Assembly: GCF_009914755.1 (NCBI RefSeq)
Contig: NC_060929.1
Source of the DNA: the human T2T-CHM13v2.0 reference genome, Homo sapiens
Strand: one strand, 5' to 3'
DNA length: 64,000 bases
Each line of letters starts with the position of its first letter. The first letter of the stretch is position 1. The notes under the pieces were generated by a model that saw nothing but the letters and a program-made list of their open reading frames with translations, searched no databases and was not told the DNA's origin. Both the position numbers and the translations under genes were made by a program. Below are positions 40,608 to 54,766 of this stretch, piece by piece.

Positions 40608-42941
40608 TTAGTGTGGCAGTCATTAGGGCTATTGATTGAACATATTCAGTGACCTTTCTTAGGGTATACAATAGGATTGCACTTCCTTGTCCCTTAGAAG
40701 TTGGGCTTTACCATATAACTTAGTTTGATAAGTGAAATCAGCACAGAAGCGATACGAATCTTTTCTGGGTGGAAGTTTTAAGCACCATGTTGTGAATAAC
40801 CACATTCTCTTGCCCCTGCTGAAGAAATGTGAGAAGTATGAGTTGAGGTGCGTCCTCTGTGTGTCAGACTGTGCCCATGAGTGACCACGAGAAATAGAAG
40901 CTCCAGTTAATCTTTGATGGGCAACAACTTCTGTGGTTATAAACTCCCTTAAAAAATCTTTTTGGAAGGCACAAGATGAAAAAAGCCACTGAAGAAAGAG
41001 TAACATTATTTATAGAAATATAGAAAAATAAATATCATGAAAAGCATGAAGGGAGGGTTTAAAAAAAAAAAGCTTCAAACATACCCAAGCTGCTGATGGA
41101 TAGGGATGAGGAAGAGGAGGTAGAGAAGGATGAAAACTAAAACAAACAAGAAAGTTGTGTCTGAGAGGCCATCTATTATCCATGAAAGAGGGGATTCTGT
41201 GGTGGGGGAACCACAGTGTCAGGGCATAGCAAGTCAGTAAAGAGGAGTTAGACATGCAAGACCAGAACATGGAGACTATTATATTGAGGAGTTTGTGAAA
41301 AAAGGGATGCAATAGAAATAGTTTGGGAATAAAGGAAGAATTTTTGTTTTGTTTATAAAATAAAGAAAAACTTAAGTATGTTTAAAGTAGAAGAGAAACT
41401 GTCAATAAAGAGGGAAAGATAAAAGGTGCAAAATAAGAAGGAAAGACAGAAATATCCCAGAGAGTTGAAAGGAGATAAGGTCAGGGAACAGGTTGCAGCA
41501 TTCACCTCAGATGATAGAGAAATGGAAGTATAATGGAGAGGAAACACTTTTAAGGAAGGTCAACTTGGATGACCTTGTCTTCTCATTAAAGTAGAAGGTC
41601 AGATTGTTCAAAAAAAGGAAGGAGGAAATGGGGCTCAAATGAGAAGGTTTGGAGGATCTGTTTCAGGGAGTGTGATGTAGAGCCTGCCGCTAGGGGAAAG
41701 ATGGTGTAAATGTGTGGTAAGTCCACTGAGTACTGATTCTGTAATTGTACCTCGTACTGATGATACAGTACATTATAGTAAATAATTATTTGCTCAATGT
41801 CCTATTCAGTCCCAGTGACTGACCTGGTTTAAATATAAACTGATGTATCATTGAAAATTCATTCATAACTCCAAGTCAAGTCATTCCTTAGGTAACTTGT
41901 CACTCTCTAGTAAGGATTCTGGGACTCTAGATATCTAGTTAACAATTTACATTTGTATTACATTTGATAAATTTAATTGTCAGGAAGCTGCTGTAAATTA
42001 TACAGTATTTAATAGTTGAATAAAGGGAGGATCCCTGACTTGATTAAGGCTTCATAGGTAATAAATTACACAGCCAAGAATAAAACTCAGTCTTTATTTG
42101 CCAAGTCCAGAATAAGAAATTGTATTTCTTAGAAATAAGCACAAGAACTGATGGTGACTGTAAACCCACTTATTTAAAATATTAAAGAGGGAATTATGGA
42201 TGACTATTTTAGTAAATTATATAATTGTATTAGCCCATTCTCACACTGCTAAAAAGAAATGCCCAAGACTGAGTAATTTATAAAGAAAAGAAGTTTAATT
42301 GACTCACAGTTCCACATAGCTGGGGAGGCCTCAGGAAACTTACAATCACGGCAGAAGGAAAAGAAGCACATCTTACATGGTGGCAAGTGAGAGAGATCAG
42401 GGAAAACTGCCTTATAAAACCATCAGATCTCATGAGAACTCACTCACCATCATGAGAACAGCATGGGGGAAATCGCCCCATGATGCAATCGCCTCCCACA
42501 AGGTCCCTTCCTCTACACTTGGGGATTATGGGAATTACAATTTGAGATGAGATATTGGTGGGGACACAGAGACAAACCATATCATTTGGCCACCAGTCCC
42601 TCCCAAATAGGTTTCACATTTCAAAACCAATCATGCCTTCTAAACAGTCCCTCAAAATCTTAACTCTTATTTCAGCATTAACTCAAAAGTCCACAATCCA
42701 AAGTCTCATCTGAGACAAGGCAAATCACTTCTGCCTATGAGTCTGTATAGTCAAAAGCAAGTTACTTCCTTCCTAGATATAATGGGGGTACAAGCATTGG
42801 ACAAATGCTCCCATTCCAAATGGAAGAAATTGGCCAAAATGAAGGTGCTACAGGCCCATGCAAGTCCAAAATCTAACAGGACAGTCACTAAATCTTAAAG
42901 CTCCAAAATGATCTCCTTTGAATCCATGTCTCCCATCCAGG

Positions 42942-44096
42942 TCACCCCAATGCAAGAAGTAGGCTCCAACGGCCTTGGGCAGCTCTTCCTCTGTGGCTTT
43001 GCAGGGTACAGCCCCTCACCCTGGCTGCTTTAATGGCTGGCATTGAGTGTCTGCAGCCTGGGTGCATGGTGCAAGCTGTTGGTGGATCTACCATTCTGAG
43101 GTCTAGAAGACAGTGGCCCTCTTCTCTCAGCTCCACTAGGCAGTGCCCCAGTGGGGACTCTGTGTGGGGGCTCTGACCCCATACTTCCCTTCCACACTTC
43201 CTTAGCAGAGGTTCTCCATGAGGGCTCCACCCCTGCAGCAGACTTCTGCCTGGAAATCCAGGCATTTTCATACATCCTCTGATGTTGAGGTGGAGGTTCT
43301 CAAACCTCACTTCTTGACTTCTGTGCACCCACAGGATCAACACCATGTGAAGCTGCCAAGGCTTGGGCCTTGCACCCTTGGAAGCAACAGCCTGATCTGT
43401 GCATTGGCCCCTTTTAACCACATCTGGGATGCAGGGCACCCAGTCCTGAAGCTGCACAGAGAAGCAGTGGGGCCCTGGGCCCAGCCCATGAAACCACTTT
43501 TTCCTTCTAGGCCTCAGGGCCTGTGATAGGAGGGGCTGCCATGAAGGTCTCTGACATGCCCTGAAGACATTTTCCTTATCTTCTTGGCTATTAACATTCG
43601 ACTCCTCATTACTCATGCAAATTTCTACAGCTGGCTTGAATTCCTCCCGAGAAAATGGGTTTTTCTTTTCTACCACATGGCTTGGCTGCACATTTTCCAT
43701 ACTTTTATGCTCTGCTTCTCTTTTGAACATAAGTTCCAATTTCAAACCATCTCTTTGTAAACTCCTAAGACTGAATGCTTTCAAAATCAACCAGGTCACC
43801 TCTTGCATGTTTTGCTCCTTAAAAATTTCTTGCAAAAGATTCCCTAAATCATCTCTCTCAAGTTGAAAGTTCCACAGATCTCTAGGGCAGGGGCAAAATG
43901 CTGCCAGTCTCTTTGCTAAAGCATAGCAAGAGTGACCTTTGTTCCAGTTCGCAAGAAGTTCCTCATCTCCATCTGAGACCACCTCAGCCTGGACTTTATT
44001 GTCCACATTGTTATCAGTATTTTGGTCAAAACCATCGAACAAGTCTCTAGGAAATTCCAAACTTTCCCACATCTTTCTGTCTTCTGAACCCTCCAA
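42942..44096 (-). pseudogene. MaLR internal ORF remnant (384-codon open frame, frameshifted after ~250 aa)
   Basis: EGSEDRKMWESLEFPRDL..VVSDGDEELLANWNKGHSCYALAKRLAAFCPCPRDLWNF is the MaLR internal ORF; the natural continuation (MYENAWISRQKSAAG..) is in another frame. Confidence 0.85.
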
Positions 44097-44401
44097 ACTG
44101 TTCCAACCTCTGCCTGTTACCTAGTTCCAAAGTCGCTTTCACATTTTCAATTATCTCTATAACAGTAACCCACTACCTCGGTACCAATTAACTGTATTAG
44201 TCTGTTCTCACACTGCTATAAAGAACTGCCCAAGACAGGGTAATTTATAGAGAAAAGATGTTTAATTGACTCAGTTCCTCATGGCTGTGGAGGACTCAGG
44301 AAACACAATCATGGCAGAAGGAGAAGAAGCAGATCTTACATGGCAGCAGGCAAGAGAGAGCAAGGAAGAGCAGGGAAAAGTGCCTTAAAAAATCATCAGA
44401 T

Positions 44402-44702
44402 GGCCAGGCGCAGTGGCTCATGCCTGTAATCCCAACACTTTGGGAGGCCAACGTGGGTGGATAACCTTAGGTCAGCAGTTTTAGACCAGCCTGGCTAACA
44501 TGGCAAAACCCCATCTCTACTAAAAATACAGAAAGTAGCTGGATGTGGTGGCATGCGCCTGTAATCCCAGCCACTCAGGAGGCTGAGGCAGGAGAATCAC
44601 TTGAAACCGGTAGACAAAGGTGCAGGGAGCTGAGATCACGCCACTGCCCTCCAGCCTGGGCAACAAGAGTGAAACTCCATCTCAAAAAAAAAAAAAAAAA
44701 AA
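44402..44702 (+). mobile_element. AluS nested in the MSTA 5' LTR
   Basis: Full dimer; flanking CATCAGAT duplication. Confidence 0.95.
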
Positions 44703-45126
44703 TACCATCAGATCTCCTGAGAACTGACTCACTAATCACAAGAACAGCATGGGGAAAATTGCCACCATGATCCAATCACCTCCCACCTCCCATGAGGTCC
44801 CTCTTTCAACACACTGGGGTTGAAAGATCTTATGGGGATTACCATTTGAGATGCGATATGGGTGGGGACACAGAGCCAAACCATATCAATAATGATTCAG
44901 GGTGAAAAATCCTTCTACGCTGAAGGCATGAATCTAGGCCTCAGAACCACCTATATCTCTTGGACCACTGTGGGGGAGACCTATAACCCTTAAACTAAAA
45001 TAGAAATAAATGACTTTTACAGTGGAACCATAGTGGGATGGCACTGGGGAAATGTTTTGAGCTTTCTAACCCCTTTTCAGTTCTTGGCTGATGAATGCTG
45101 ATTAAAAAAAAAAAAAAAAAAGTCCA

Positions 45127-45452
<326 letters not shown>

Positions 45453-46649
45453 AACAAAGAAAAAAAAAGAAGAAATACAACATAACACCCAATGGAAATA
45501 AAAATTCCACCTTTCTCACCCAAACCTCCTCTATTCTGATATTTTAATTCCATTAAGATTATGAAGAAAAATGAAATCTCTCAGAGCCTAATGCAAAATT
45601 GTGCTCCAGACTTACTTGTTTATCCCTTTGTAGCAATATCAGACGCTGCTCAAAAGAGGCAAGCAAAATAGCATTTTGTAGTTTATGAAGAAAATTATTC
45701 TCTAATTTTTTTCAGAATTCAAATGAAAGCTGTGGTTTGAAGCCAGTGAAACAGAATTACATGTGAAGTTTAGAAGGGATTAATTTCATAAATTTCTTAA
45801 GTTGTTGACGGAACCATCTGGCAGTTTGAGAGATAACCATTAAAGTCTATACAAAAAAAATGCCTTTTTGTAAGATTATAATGACTGAATATTATAACAG
45901 CAGGAGAATAAAAACTAATGCATATTTTATCATTGAAAACAAATGCTCTGGACTTTAAAAGGCATGTGGGATTTCTGCTCACTTCTAAAGGAAAGCAACT
46001 AATGAGTGATGCACATCTACAACAGCCTCAGAGGTACCGCTTCATTTGATCCTCATGGAGGGCTGCAAAGAAATTATCACCTGCACTTTTCTGAGGAGGA
46101 AATTATAACCCAGAGAAGTTAGGTGATATTCAATGTACTACAAAGTGTAAGCCATATGCATAAAATTTGAACTAAGATTAGTATTGCTAAAACACTACAT
46201 GCTGGTAAATCATACTACCTTTTGAAAAAATTAATACTATGTATCAGATAGTTGTAGATGAGGACCAGAGATTTTATTGTAATTACCTATGAAGATGTTT
46301 CTGGCCAGTCTGGCAGTCAGTGATTTACCAAATGTTTTCACAAAAGTTCTCCTGTTAGTTTGTCAGTACATCCTGACTAAGCTTCATTATCATTACTATT
46401 TTAAGGAAGAGAATATATTCCAGTTCAAGGTAATTTGACCCACAGACAAAAACAATGCTTCTTAAACTTGGATACATGTCAGAACCTTCTAAGATTCCAA
46501 CAAAACGTACAGATACTTGGGCCAAAAAGATGGCTCTCTGAGAAAGGTCCATGTATGCTTATGTGTAGTTTTGTAAAATATCCAGGAGCCTCTTAAAATT
46601 GAGATCTACTAAAATAGGGTTGTCTCAATGTAGAAAAATGCTCAAGCAG

Positions 46650-46860
46650 CCTAGTCAAGCTGGAATGCCTGGAATTGAATTCCAGCTTCAGCATATGTGG
46701 AATGTGCAACCTTAGGCAAATTAATCTTTTCTGAATCAGTTTTCTCACCTGAGAAATGGGGGTAATTAATAATGCCTATGTCACAAGTTCTTACGAGGAC
46801 AAATGAAAGTTTATGTACTGAGAAGGATATCTGGCACATCCTAAGTGCCTAATGATAGCA
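46650..46860 (+). mobile_element. MIR
   Basis: tcagttttctcacctgagaaatggggg..gttcttacgaggacaaatga..tggcacatcctaagtgcctaat. Confidence 0.8.
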
Positions 46861-48129
46861 ATTGTTAATCCAATACATTATTTAAGGAGGCACAGCTGGA
46901 GGGCTTCATAATCCTTTCTGTGAATCAGGTAGCCACTGCAAGCTATCTGTTCCTCTTTCAAAACAAGGCCACTTCCCATAGACATCCATTATGTCTCAAT
47001 AGATGCATGAAATGTCAGGCAGGAATCAGGTTTTTAATTACATTAATGATGCACAGAGGGACAAATTTTTATCTGCTACTGTGGATGACCCCAGCTGTCT
47101 TTTCCTGTGCAGCCCCTTTATACCTTCATCTCGGATTTTCACAGCGCCTGCTCTAATACCTCAGCCAATTTTTTCCACGGCTCATTCACAGCACAGCTCT
47201 AGCAAGTAATGTCAATATTTTCTTTACACAGCTTTCAAGAGTGATTTAAAATGCCAATGCAGCATATTACTCATATCCTAGGCATTTCTCTAACACAGCT
47301 CCTATGAGCTATACAAATGGTGCACTTGGAGCCAATCTTACATAGCCTTGTCCTGGTTACTGGAGATTGCACAGGTTCAGCAATTTGACAAGGGTCACAC
47401 AGCCAGTAAGCCACAGAGCTGGGACTCCTAAACCCATACACTATACTTTGCCAAGTGCAGCACCAGTCTCCTCAACTGTCCAGAGAACTTCTCTCCAATG
47501 TCCTAGAAGCTTTGCCCGTATTCTTCACTTCTCATCCTCACTCCCATCTGTGCTCTCTGCATAGACCTTGCCCATGCTACCACAGTTCCGAAGCCTTAAT
47601 GTTTGTTACTGAAATACATGCTGGGTTGGAGATTGGTTCTAATAGTCTCTCTAAACTACTTCCTTTCCATCTTTCCGAACTTACCACTACTTCACAACCA
47701 TTCTCACATATCACCCCGATTCCTGACATCTCCAAAGTTCATCCTGATTTCCAAAAATTATTTGTCTCTCCTTTTGCTGCATTATATGCCTGCAACTTCT
47801 TCTCCCTAAGTTGACCTTTCATCTGCAATGATTATCTCCTATCATTCAAGACATCTCTCAAAGCCACTAACAACTGAGAGTGGAGACAAAGAATGGGATT
47901 TCTGTATTTTTTTGCTGCTGAATCATGAATTTGTTTTGAATTAATAAATAGATGGATAATTCCTTTTGGTTTTCTGTAAGATTTTCCTAATATAAACCAA
48001 CAAGTAACTTCAGGCTTATTTAAACAACTGATACCTGGGGCACGCCAGTGTCAGTGACTGGCACATGGCATGTTCTACACTGCTCACAGAACATGGCTAT
48101 AAAATATCACTCTATTTCCTCATAATTTT

Positions 48130-48790
48130 ATTAATCAGTCAGGCATTTGGCAAACACTTATGAAATGCTGTCTGTGTGCCAGGCACTGTTCTTGATGTTA
48201 GGGCACTACCCTGAACAGTAGACATGTATTCTGCTCACATGTAATTCCTATTAATAATAAAAAGCTATGGAAGAAATAAAACCAGATATTATGATAGCGC
48301 GTGAATAGGAGAGGCTAATTAAAAAGGTAGTCAGGAAGATATATCTCAAAAAGTGGTGTCTGAGCTGAGGTTTGAACTATGAAGAACTACCAAAGCAAAG
48401 AGGATTTTTTTTTTTTTTTGGAGTGAGTGGAGTAGGGCGGGAGGAGGTATTTCAAACAAAAGAAAAGCAAGTCAGAGGTAGAAAGAAACTTAAATTTCTT
48501 GGAGTAAACAATAGGAGACCAGGATCGGTAGATGATAATGAGCCAGGCTTGCAGCGGTAAAGATGAAGTCAGCCAGGTGAGAAGGAGGCAGACCCTTCAG
48601 GGCCTTATAGGCTAGGGTAGCAGGTTTAAACCTATGGAGCTTAAAGTGGCAATGATCTGATTTTTTTTTTAAGGATAATAAGGGTATTAGGGCGCTATGT
48701 ATGTGGGAAATGGATAGGGTGGAGATGAGAGTAGAAGCACAGAAGAGGCTACTGTAGCAGTTTATGAGCAAGAGGAGGGCCTTAATCCTG
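48130..48790 (-). mobile_element. L2 fragment
   Basis: tgtgtgccaggcactgttc..tgagctgagg..ggctactgtagcagt. Confidence 0.7.
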
Positions 48791-49693
48791 AGCAAGCTAC
48801 ATTTTTTTAATACAGTATTCATTAAAAAAAAAACAGAGTTTGGCTTTGCAATAGTAGAGTTGCTATGGCTCCAGTTGTTTTGTCCATTATTTGAATGTAA
48901 AGACACTCAGTATAAGAGCTCTCAAAAAGCCTTCATCCTCCTCCATCAATTTTTTAGAATCTTTTCAAGGAGAAAAAACAATTGGATTTATTAACTCAGC
49001 CAGCTTACACTCATAATTGGCATCAATTCTGCACAGGGAAGTCAGTGCAACCCCAGAACCCAGGGCTCCTCCCTGTATGCTGTCATCTCATTGGCCTTAA
49101 TGCACCTGCTTCACTGTTTCCATAAAGCAAGAGTTTCAGCAAGGAAAGGGTCATTATAGCATGTTCTTTGTGCTGGACACTCTATGAGTGACTCTGAGAA
49201 ATAGAACAACAAGCAAAACCCTTGGGAGTGCTTAGGTTTCCAGTCGTGCCTACTTAATGATAATCAATTTAACTAAGAGATGTTTCTTATTAAAATTTCC
49301 TTGAGAAAATTCCCTCTCTCCTGGCAGTAATGACTTATTTCTGAACTGTCATCAACTTGTTAACATTTTAACTAAATGGGAGTAGAAATTTCTAAGGATT
49401 ATTAGTGTTTTCACCTAGAGTAAACATATCAATTAACGTTCTGGGATAAATAATGAGGATTAATAATATCAGGGCGGAAAGTGATATTCTGTGAAGTTTA
49501 GGGTTCTCTTTTGCCTACTTACCATATTAACAGCCAGAGGGTGAGCACAATTCCTATTTTTTCATTCATAGAATTCCAGAACTGGGCAACAAAAAAATGA
49601 AGATCTGGCTAGGGTAAGTGTCACATTTGAAACCTGCATTGTTATGTGTAGACAATACAGAGGGTTCTGAGGAAAATGATAAAGAATTGATCC

Positions 49694-50027
<334 letters not shown>

Positions 50028-53000
50028 AATTGATCCGCAAGTTCAAACCAAAATTTGTACCAAAAAAAAAAAATGCTACCTGCTTAATTCAAATGAAAGT
50101 AAATCAGATGTTTGTGAAAGAAACTGAATGGCACAGCAAAATAGACTGAAAAAGTTCCTTCAATATTAATACCAGTTTTAGATTATTTGTTTACCTGCTT
50201 AAACGATTCATTTATACATGAAAGAAAAAAAGTGTTTTAAGTAATAAGATAATTGTATATAATTGAGAAGAAATTATTGCAGGATTCCTAATAGGATACA
50301 GAGCAGTCTTTATCAAAACTGACAGAAGGTTAATATTAAAAGAACCTCAGAATGTCCTGTGAATATGGCAGATTTTATTGTTATATCCTCATTCATTTTT
50401 ATGATAAAAGTTCCAACAAAATATACTAGTAGAATTGATTAGGCTTATTACTTGCCACAGAATTTAGGGAAAGTAAGAACTAATTAAAGACAAGAGAATC
50501 TCAGAAACATTAACAAATTACTTTTCAAAGATTTAAAAATATTGTCGAATTATGAACATATATTATAAAATTCCACACAATATAGTGAAAATATATGTGA
50601 TTTGAATAGTAGAAATACTAGGAGAGAAATTTTCAGCATCTTTCATAAGCTGTTCCTTCATTCTTCCATTTTTTAATGAACGCATGAATTAAGGGATTAC
50701 TATGGGCCAGGCATGGTCCTGGAAACTGAGAACACAAAAGAGAATGAGACAAATCTCCCATCAAGGATCTTTTAATTTAGAGTAGTTGTTCTTAACATAT
50801 GAACACACACCACATATCACGTGTAATTACTTTCAGAGTAGTTACTCTGAATACCACAACTGGAATTTGAGAAAGCCACCACACTAAGGTTAAATGTGTA
50901 ACACTCACCTATGGACTAAGATACTCGTTGTATACTGGGTTAGGAAATGACAAACTTGGGGAAGAAAAAGGCAAGATGCCACCATCCCAACCACTCTGCA
51001 TTCCAATGTTCCATAGAGAACACTGATTCTTGCTGGCTGGTGATGTGTTTTAACTAAACTAGTGGTTCAAACAAACACAACTGGGTCAATTTTGTTTGTC
51101 TACTGCACACAAGAAGGAATAAATACTATCAGGCAGAAAGAAACCATCCACCCAGTCAAAGACCCAGAGGGCCCACTGAGCTGCCCAAAATTCTGTCTTC
51201 CCTCTGTGTCAGCTTGGTACATAGGCTAATTATCTTTATAAATATCTATAATTTCAAATTCATTCTAGCTGCCCCAAAACTTATCTTACACAATTCTAAA
51301 TGTTTTAGAGGATTATGAGTCTCATGATAAAATAAGAATATATTTACAAAATGAACTATCTTATGTTTTGAATATGTTTCAGTGTGCTGATTTTTATCTC
51401 TGTCTGCAACCTGTTGGCATTTATAGTCTGTACTATACAATTGCTTATATTTTCCATCTTTCTATTTCTTTCTGTTTATTGGTTTGCCTTTATTTTCAGC
51501 ATAAATAGGAGTTCCTTCATGGTAGAGTTAATTCAGTCTCTTCTTTGTATCTCACATACTTTAGGATAGCACATATAGCATGTGGTAAGAGTTTTAGAAG
51601 CAATAGTGATGGATAGTATATAATCCTTTTTCATAGAGTCTGAACTGTGTATGCATGCATATGTATTTATTTAATATGTGTGTGTATTTAACAAATATAT
51701 ATGTATTTAACATTTATTTAATAAACACATATATGTCTGTATGGCACATATTTGTTAAATAAACAAACATAATCTTAGATAGAAAGTGATAAATTTATCA
51801 CTCATTGTTATTTTCACCATTGCACCATATAGAAAATAAGTTTCTCTACTATCACTGTTTCATAGTTTTTTTAGTCTATACATTCCCTCACATTTTCCAA
51901 GTATACAGCTTTCTGAATTTATAGTATAATTAATAATATTTCAATTTTATTTCTGATTGTAAAATATCTCTCTAAACCAATACGCATGCAGTTGGATAAA
52001 ATAAAAATAAATGATATCCTTAGTCAAATTATTAACTTCAGAAAGAACAGACATTAACAATAGTATTATGTTAAATAATGATGTTTCTGGCTACAACAAC
52101 ATAACAAAAAATATAAATACAAAATATGAAAAAATATATAACAGAAGGATAAAATATTTATAGATGTTATTATGCTACTTCTGGACACAGAAGATACGAG
52201 AGAAAAACAAATAAAATCAATAGTTCAATAAGGTGTCCTGTTATTAAAATTACATATGTGCGAATAATAATTAGAACAGATAATAAAAACTGTATCACAT
52301 GCACATAACTATACAAGGCTTGGGAATAAACAAAATAACTATAGAGTCTAGTAAATATTTTTTTAAAACTACAAAAATATACTGAAAGACACATAAAAGG
52401 TGACTTCATTCAGGATTAATTAATGATCCTAAATAGCAAATTTAATTTTTATACATTAAATACTTGGTAATTCTCCAAATGTTAATCTACAATTTGATTT
52501 CCAGTAAAACTTTCAAGATGACCTTAAAATTTAACAAAGTTTCTTCTGAAGAAAAAATAATTATCAAACTACTGAAAAATAAATAAAGGAAGAGTGAACA
52601 GTGCAGGAAGGTTGGCTCTGCATGTGTATCGGAGGTGCAGAAGCAGGTTTACCCTGACGTGGAGAACTTTTTCGAGTTTCTACACTTCTCCATCCTGCCC
52701 TGATCTCTCAAGCCTGGCATCAGAGGCGTTCCCAACACCTTCCTAGCACCAACCTCGCTCCAAAAATCTCCCCAGAGAAAAGTGCCATCTGCTGCTAATG
52801 GCAGATTAGGGGCTTTGTAAGCGCACTTCACTCACTTGAAAACTGCAAAATAACATGTAGAGATTCACACTTTGAACTTTTATTCAAGAAGGAATATGGG
52901 AGTACAACATAAGAGTGAAAAAGATTTTGCACGCTTTCAAGTATGTAGCAGGCAGTAGCCTGCATTGCTGATCTGGAAAATCACGAGTGGGACCGCAGTG

Positions 53001-53303
53001 CATGAGACAGGGGAGAGATATGTCCACAGTACACATTCCCATTGGGGAGCCAGGCAATCTAGGCCACAGGGGAGCTCCTTGACCCCTGTGCTGGATATGA
53101 CATGGGGAGCAGTCAACAGACTGAGAAGGAGCAACAGTGGGAAGTAGACTGTATGTGCTCCCACAACCCAGTGCTGATACAAGGAGGTCATTCTTGATCC
53201 TAATTCATAGTGGGCTGCTGAGGAACTTGCCAGCCAGCATGACAGGCAGTCACTGGTTCGAAGAGTCTCCAGAGGTTTGTGATCTAGTCTCAAGTAAGGG
53301 AGG

Positions 53304-53340
53304 AGCCGGAACCCCATAGCCGGAACCCCATAGCCAGAAC
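53304..53340. repeat. 14-bp tandem duplication in the L1 5' UTR
   Basis: AGCCGGAACCCCAT x2 plus a partial copy. Confidence 0.9.
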
Positions 53341-54402
53341 TGAGAGGTGAGTGTGGCATGGGCTCCAGCCACAGGCACAAAAATTGAGTGCCTGCCCCTT
53401 CCCTGCCCAACCTTGTGGGATCAGACCGGGAAGGGTGTGTCCTGGGATACATGGGTTCTTATCCCATGCAGAGAGTTTTGTGTCCTGCGGCAATTTCTTA
53501 ACCTGAAGACCAATTGCTTATGACTTGACTCAATGCTTCAGCATGCTGCCAGCAGTGGGAGAAAGCCTTGACAGGTTCAAGACCATAGGAAGAGATGCAT
53601 TCCACTACCACCTGCTAGACTGCAGAGCCTGAGCTGCCCCTCTTTCCCCATGCTGGCTCTTTGGCACAGTAGCAGTTGCTTCGCTCTTTGTTGGAGTGTT
53701 GCTCCAGGGGCCCGAGGACTGCCTTCTGGCCCATATCAGGGACAGTGCTTATGCCTGCCATTGGAGGGCTCAAGCACTTGCCAGGCCCAGCCCCACTTGG
53801 CTTTTCCCCACCTATACACCTCAGACGCAGAACACAGGACCAGGACAACTGGGAGTTCCATGGACCAGCCCATTGCCTGAAACACCCAAGTATTCCTCCT
53901 GGTTAACAAAGATCATGAATAAATACTACTGCAACTACAGCAGCTGGCTCTTACCTGTAAGGGACACTCACTGGCCAGGACGTCAACCTGCACAGCCCAT
54001 TACATCTGCTGACACAATTGCACAGGACTCAGGAAGGAGACAAGCTTTGCATGACCTCTGCTACCACCATTGTTCATGCCACCCTAGGTACTGACGAGGC
54101 CTTGATCCCACTCACCCACGCAGTACATTACTACTACAACTAGAATTTAAGGAAGCCACCACACTAAGGTTATCTGAGGGGGAAGAAAAAGTAGTAAGTT
54201 TGAGAAACCTATTTAAGGAAATACTTGATGAATACTTCCCTAGTCTTTCAAGACACTTAGACATCCAGATACAAGAGGCTCTGTGAACTCTAGGAAATAC
54301 ATTGCAAAAAGAACTTTACCAACACATATGGTCGTGAGACTTTCTAAAGTCAATATGAAGGAAAGAATTCTAAAATCAGCAAGAGAAAAGTGTCTAGTCA
54401 CC

Positions 54403-54766
54403 TGTATTAGTCCATCTTCACACTGTTATAAAGAAATACTTGAGACTGGGTAATTTATAAAGGAAAGAGGTTTAATTGACTCACAGCTCTGCATGGCTAG
54501 GGAGGCCTCAGGAAACTCACAATCATGGCGGAAGGGAAAGCAGGTACATCTTACATGGTGGCAGATGAGAGAGAGCAGGCAAGAGCGCAGGAAAACTACC
54601 ATTTCTAAAACCATCAGATTTCCGAGAATTCAGTCACTATTATAAGAACAGCATGGGGGAAACAACCCCCACAATCCAATCGCTTCCCACCAGGTCTCTC
54701 CCTCAACACCTGGGGATTACAATTCAAGATGAGATTTGAGTGGGGACACAAAGCCTAGCCATATCA
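54403..54766 (-). mobile_element. MSTA-type solo LTR nested in L1 ORF1
   Basis: tgtattagtcc..ccatatca termini; 5-bp TSD TCACC. Confidence 0.95.

Larger units (their letters stand above)
42226..44888 (-). mobile_element. Complete MSTA-type MaLR element (LTR-internal-LTR)
   Basis: LTRs 42226-42584 and 44193-44888, internal region 42585-44192, 5-bp TSD ATAAT at 42221-42225 and 44889-44893. Confidence 0.96.

Noticed and set aside
52937-54094. Cluster of ORFs (171 aa, 132 aa)
   Set aside because: Within the GC-rich L1PB 5' UTR; no recognisable domain
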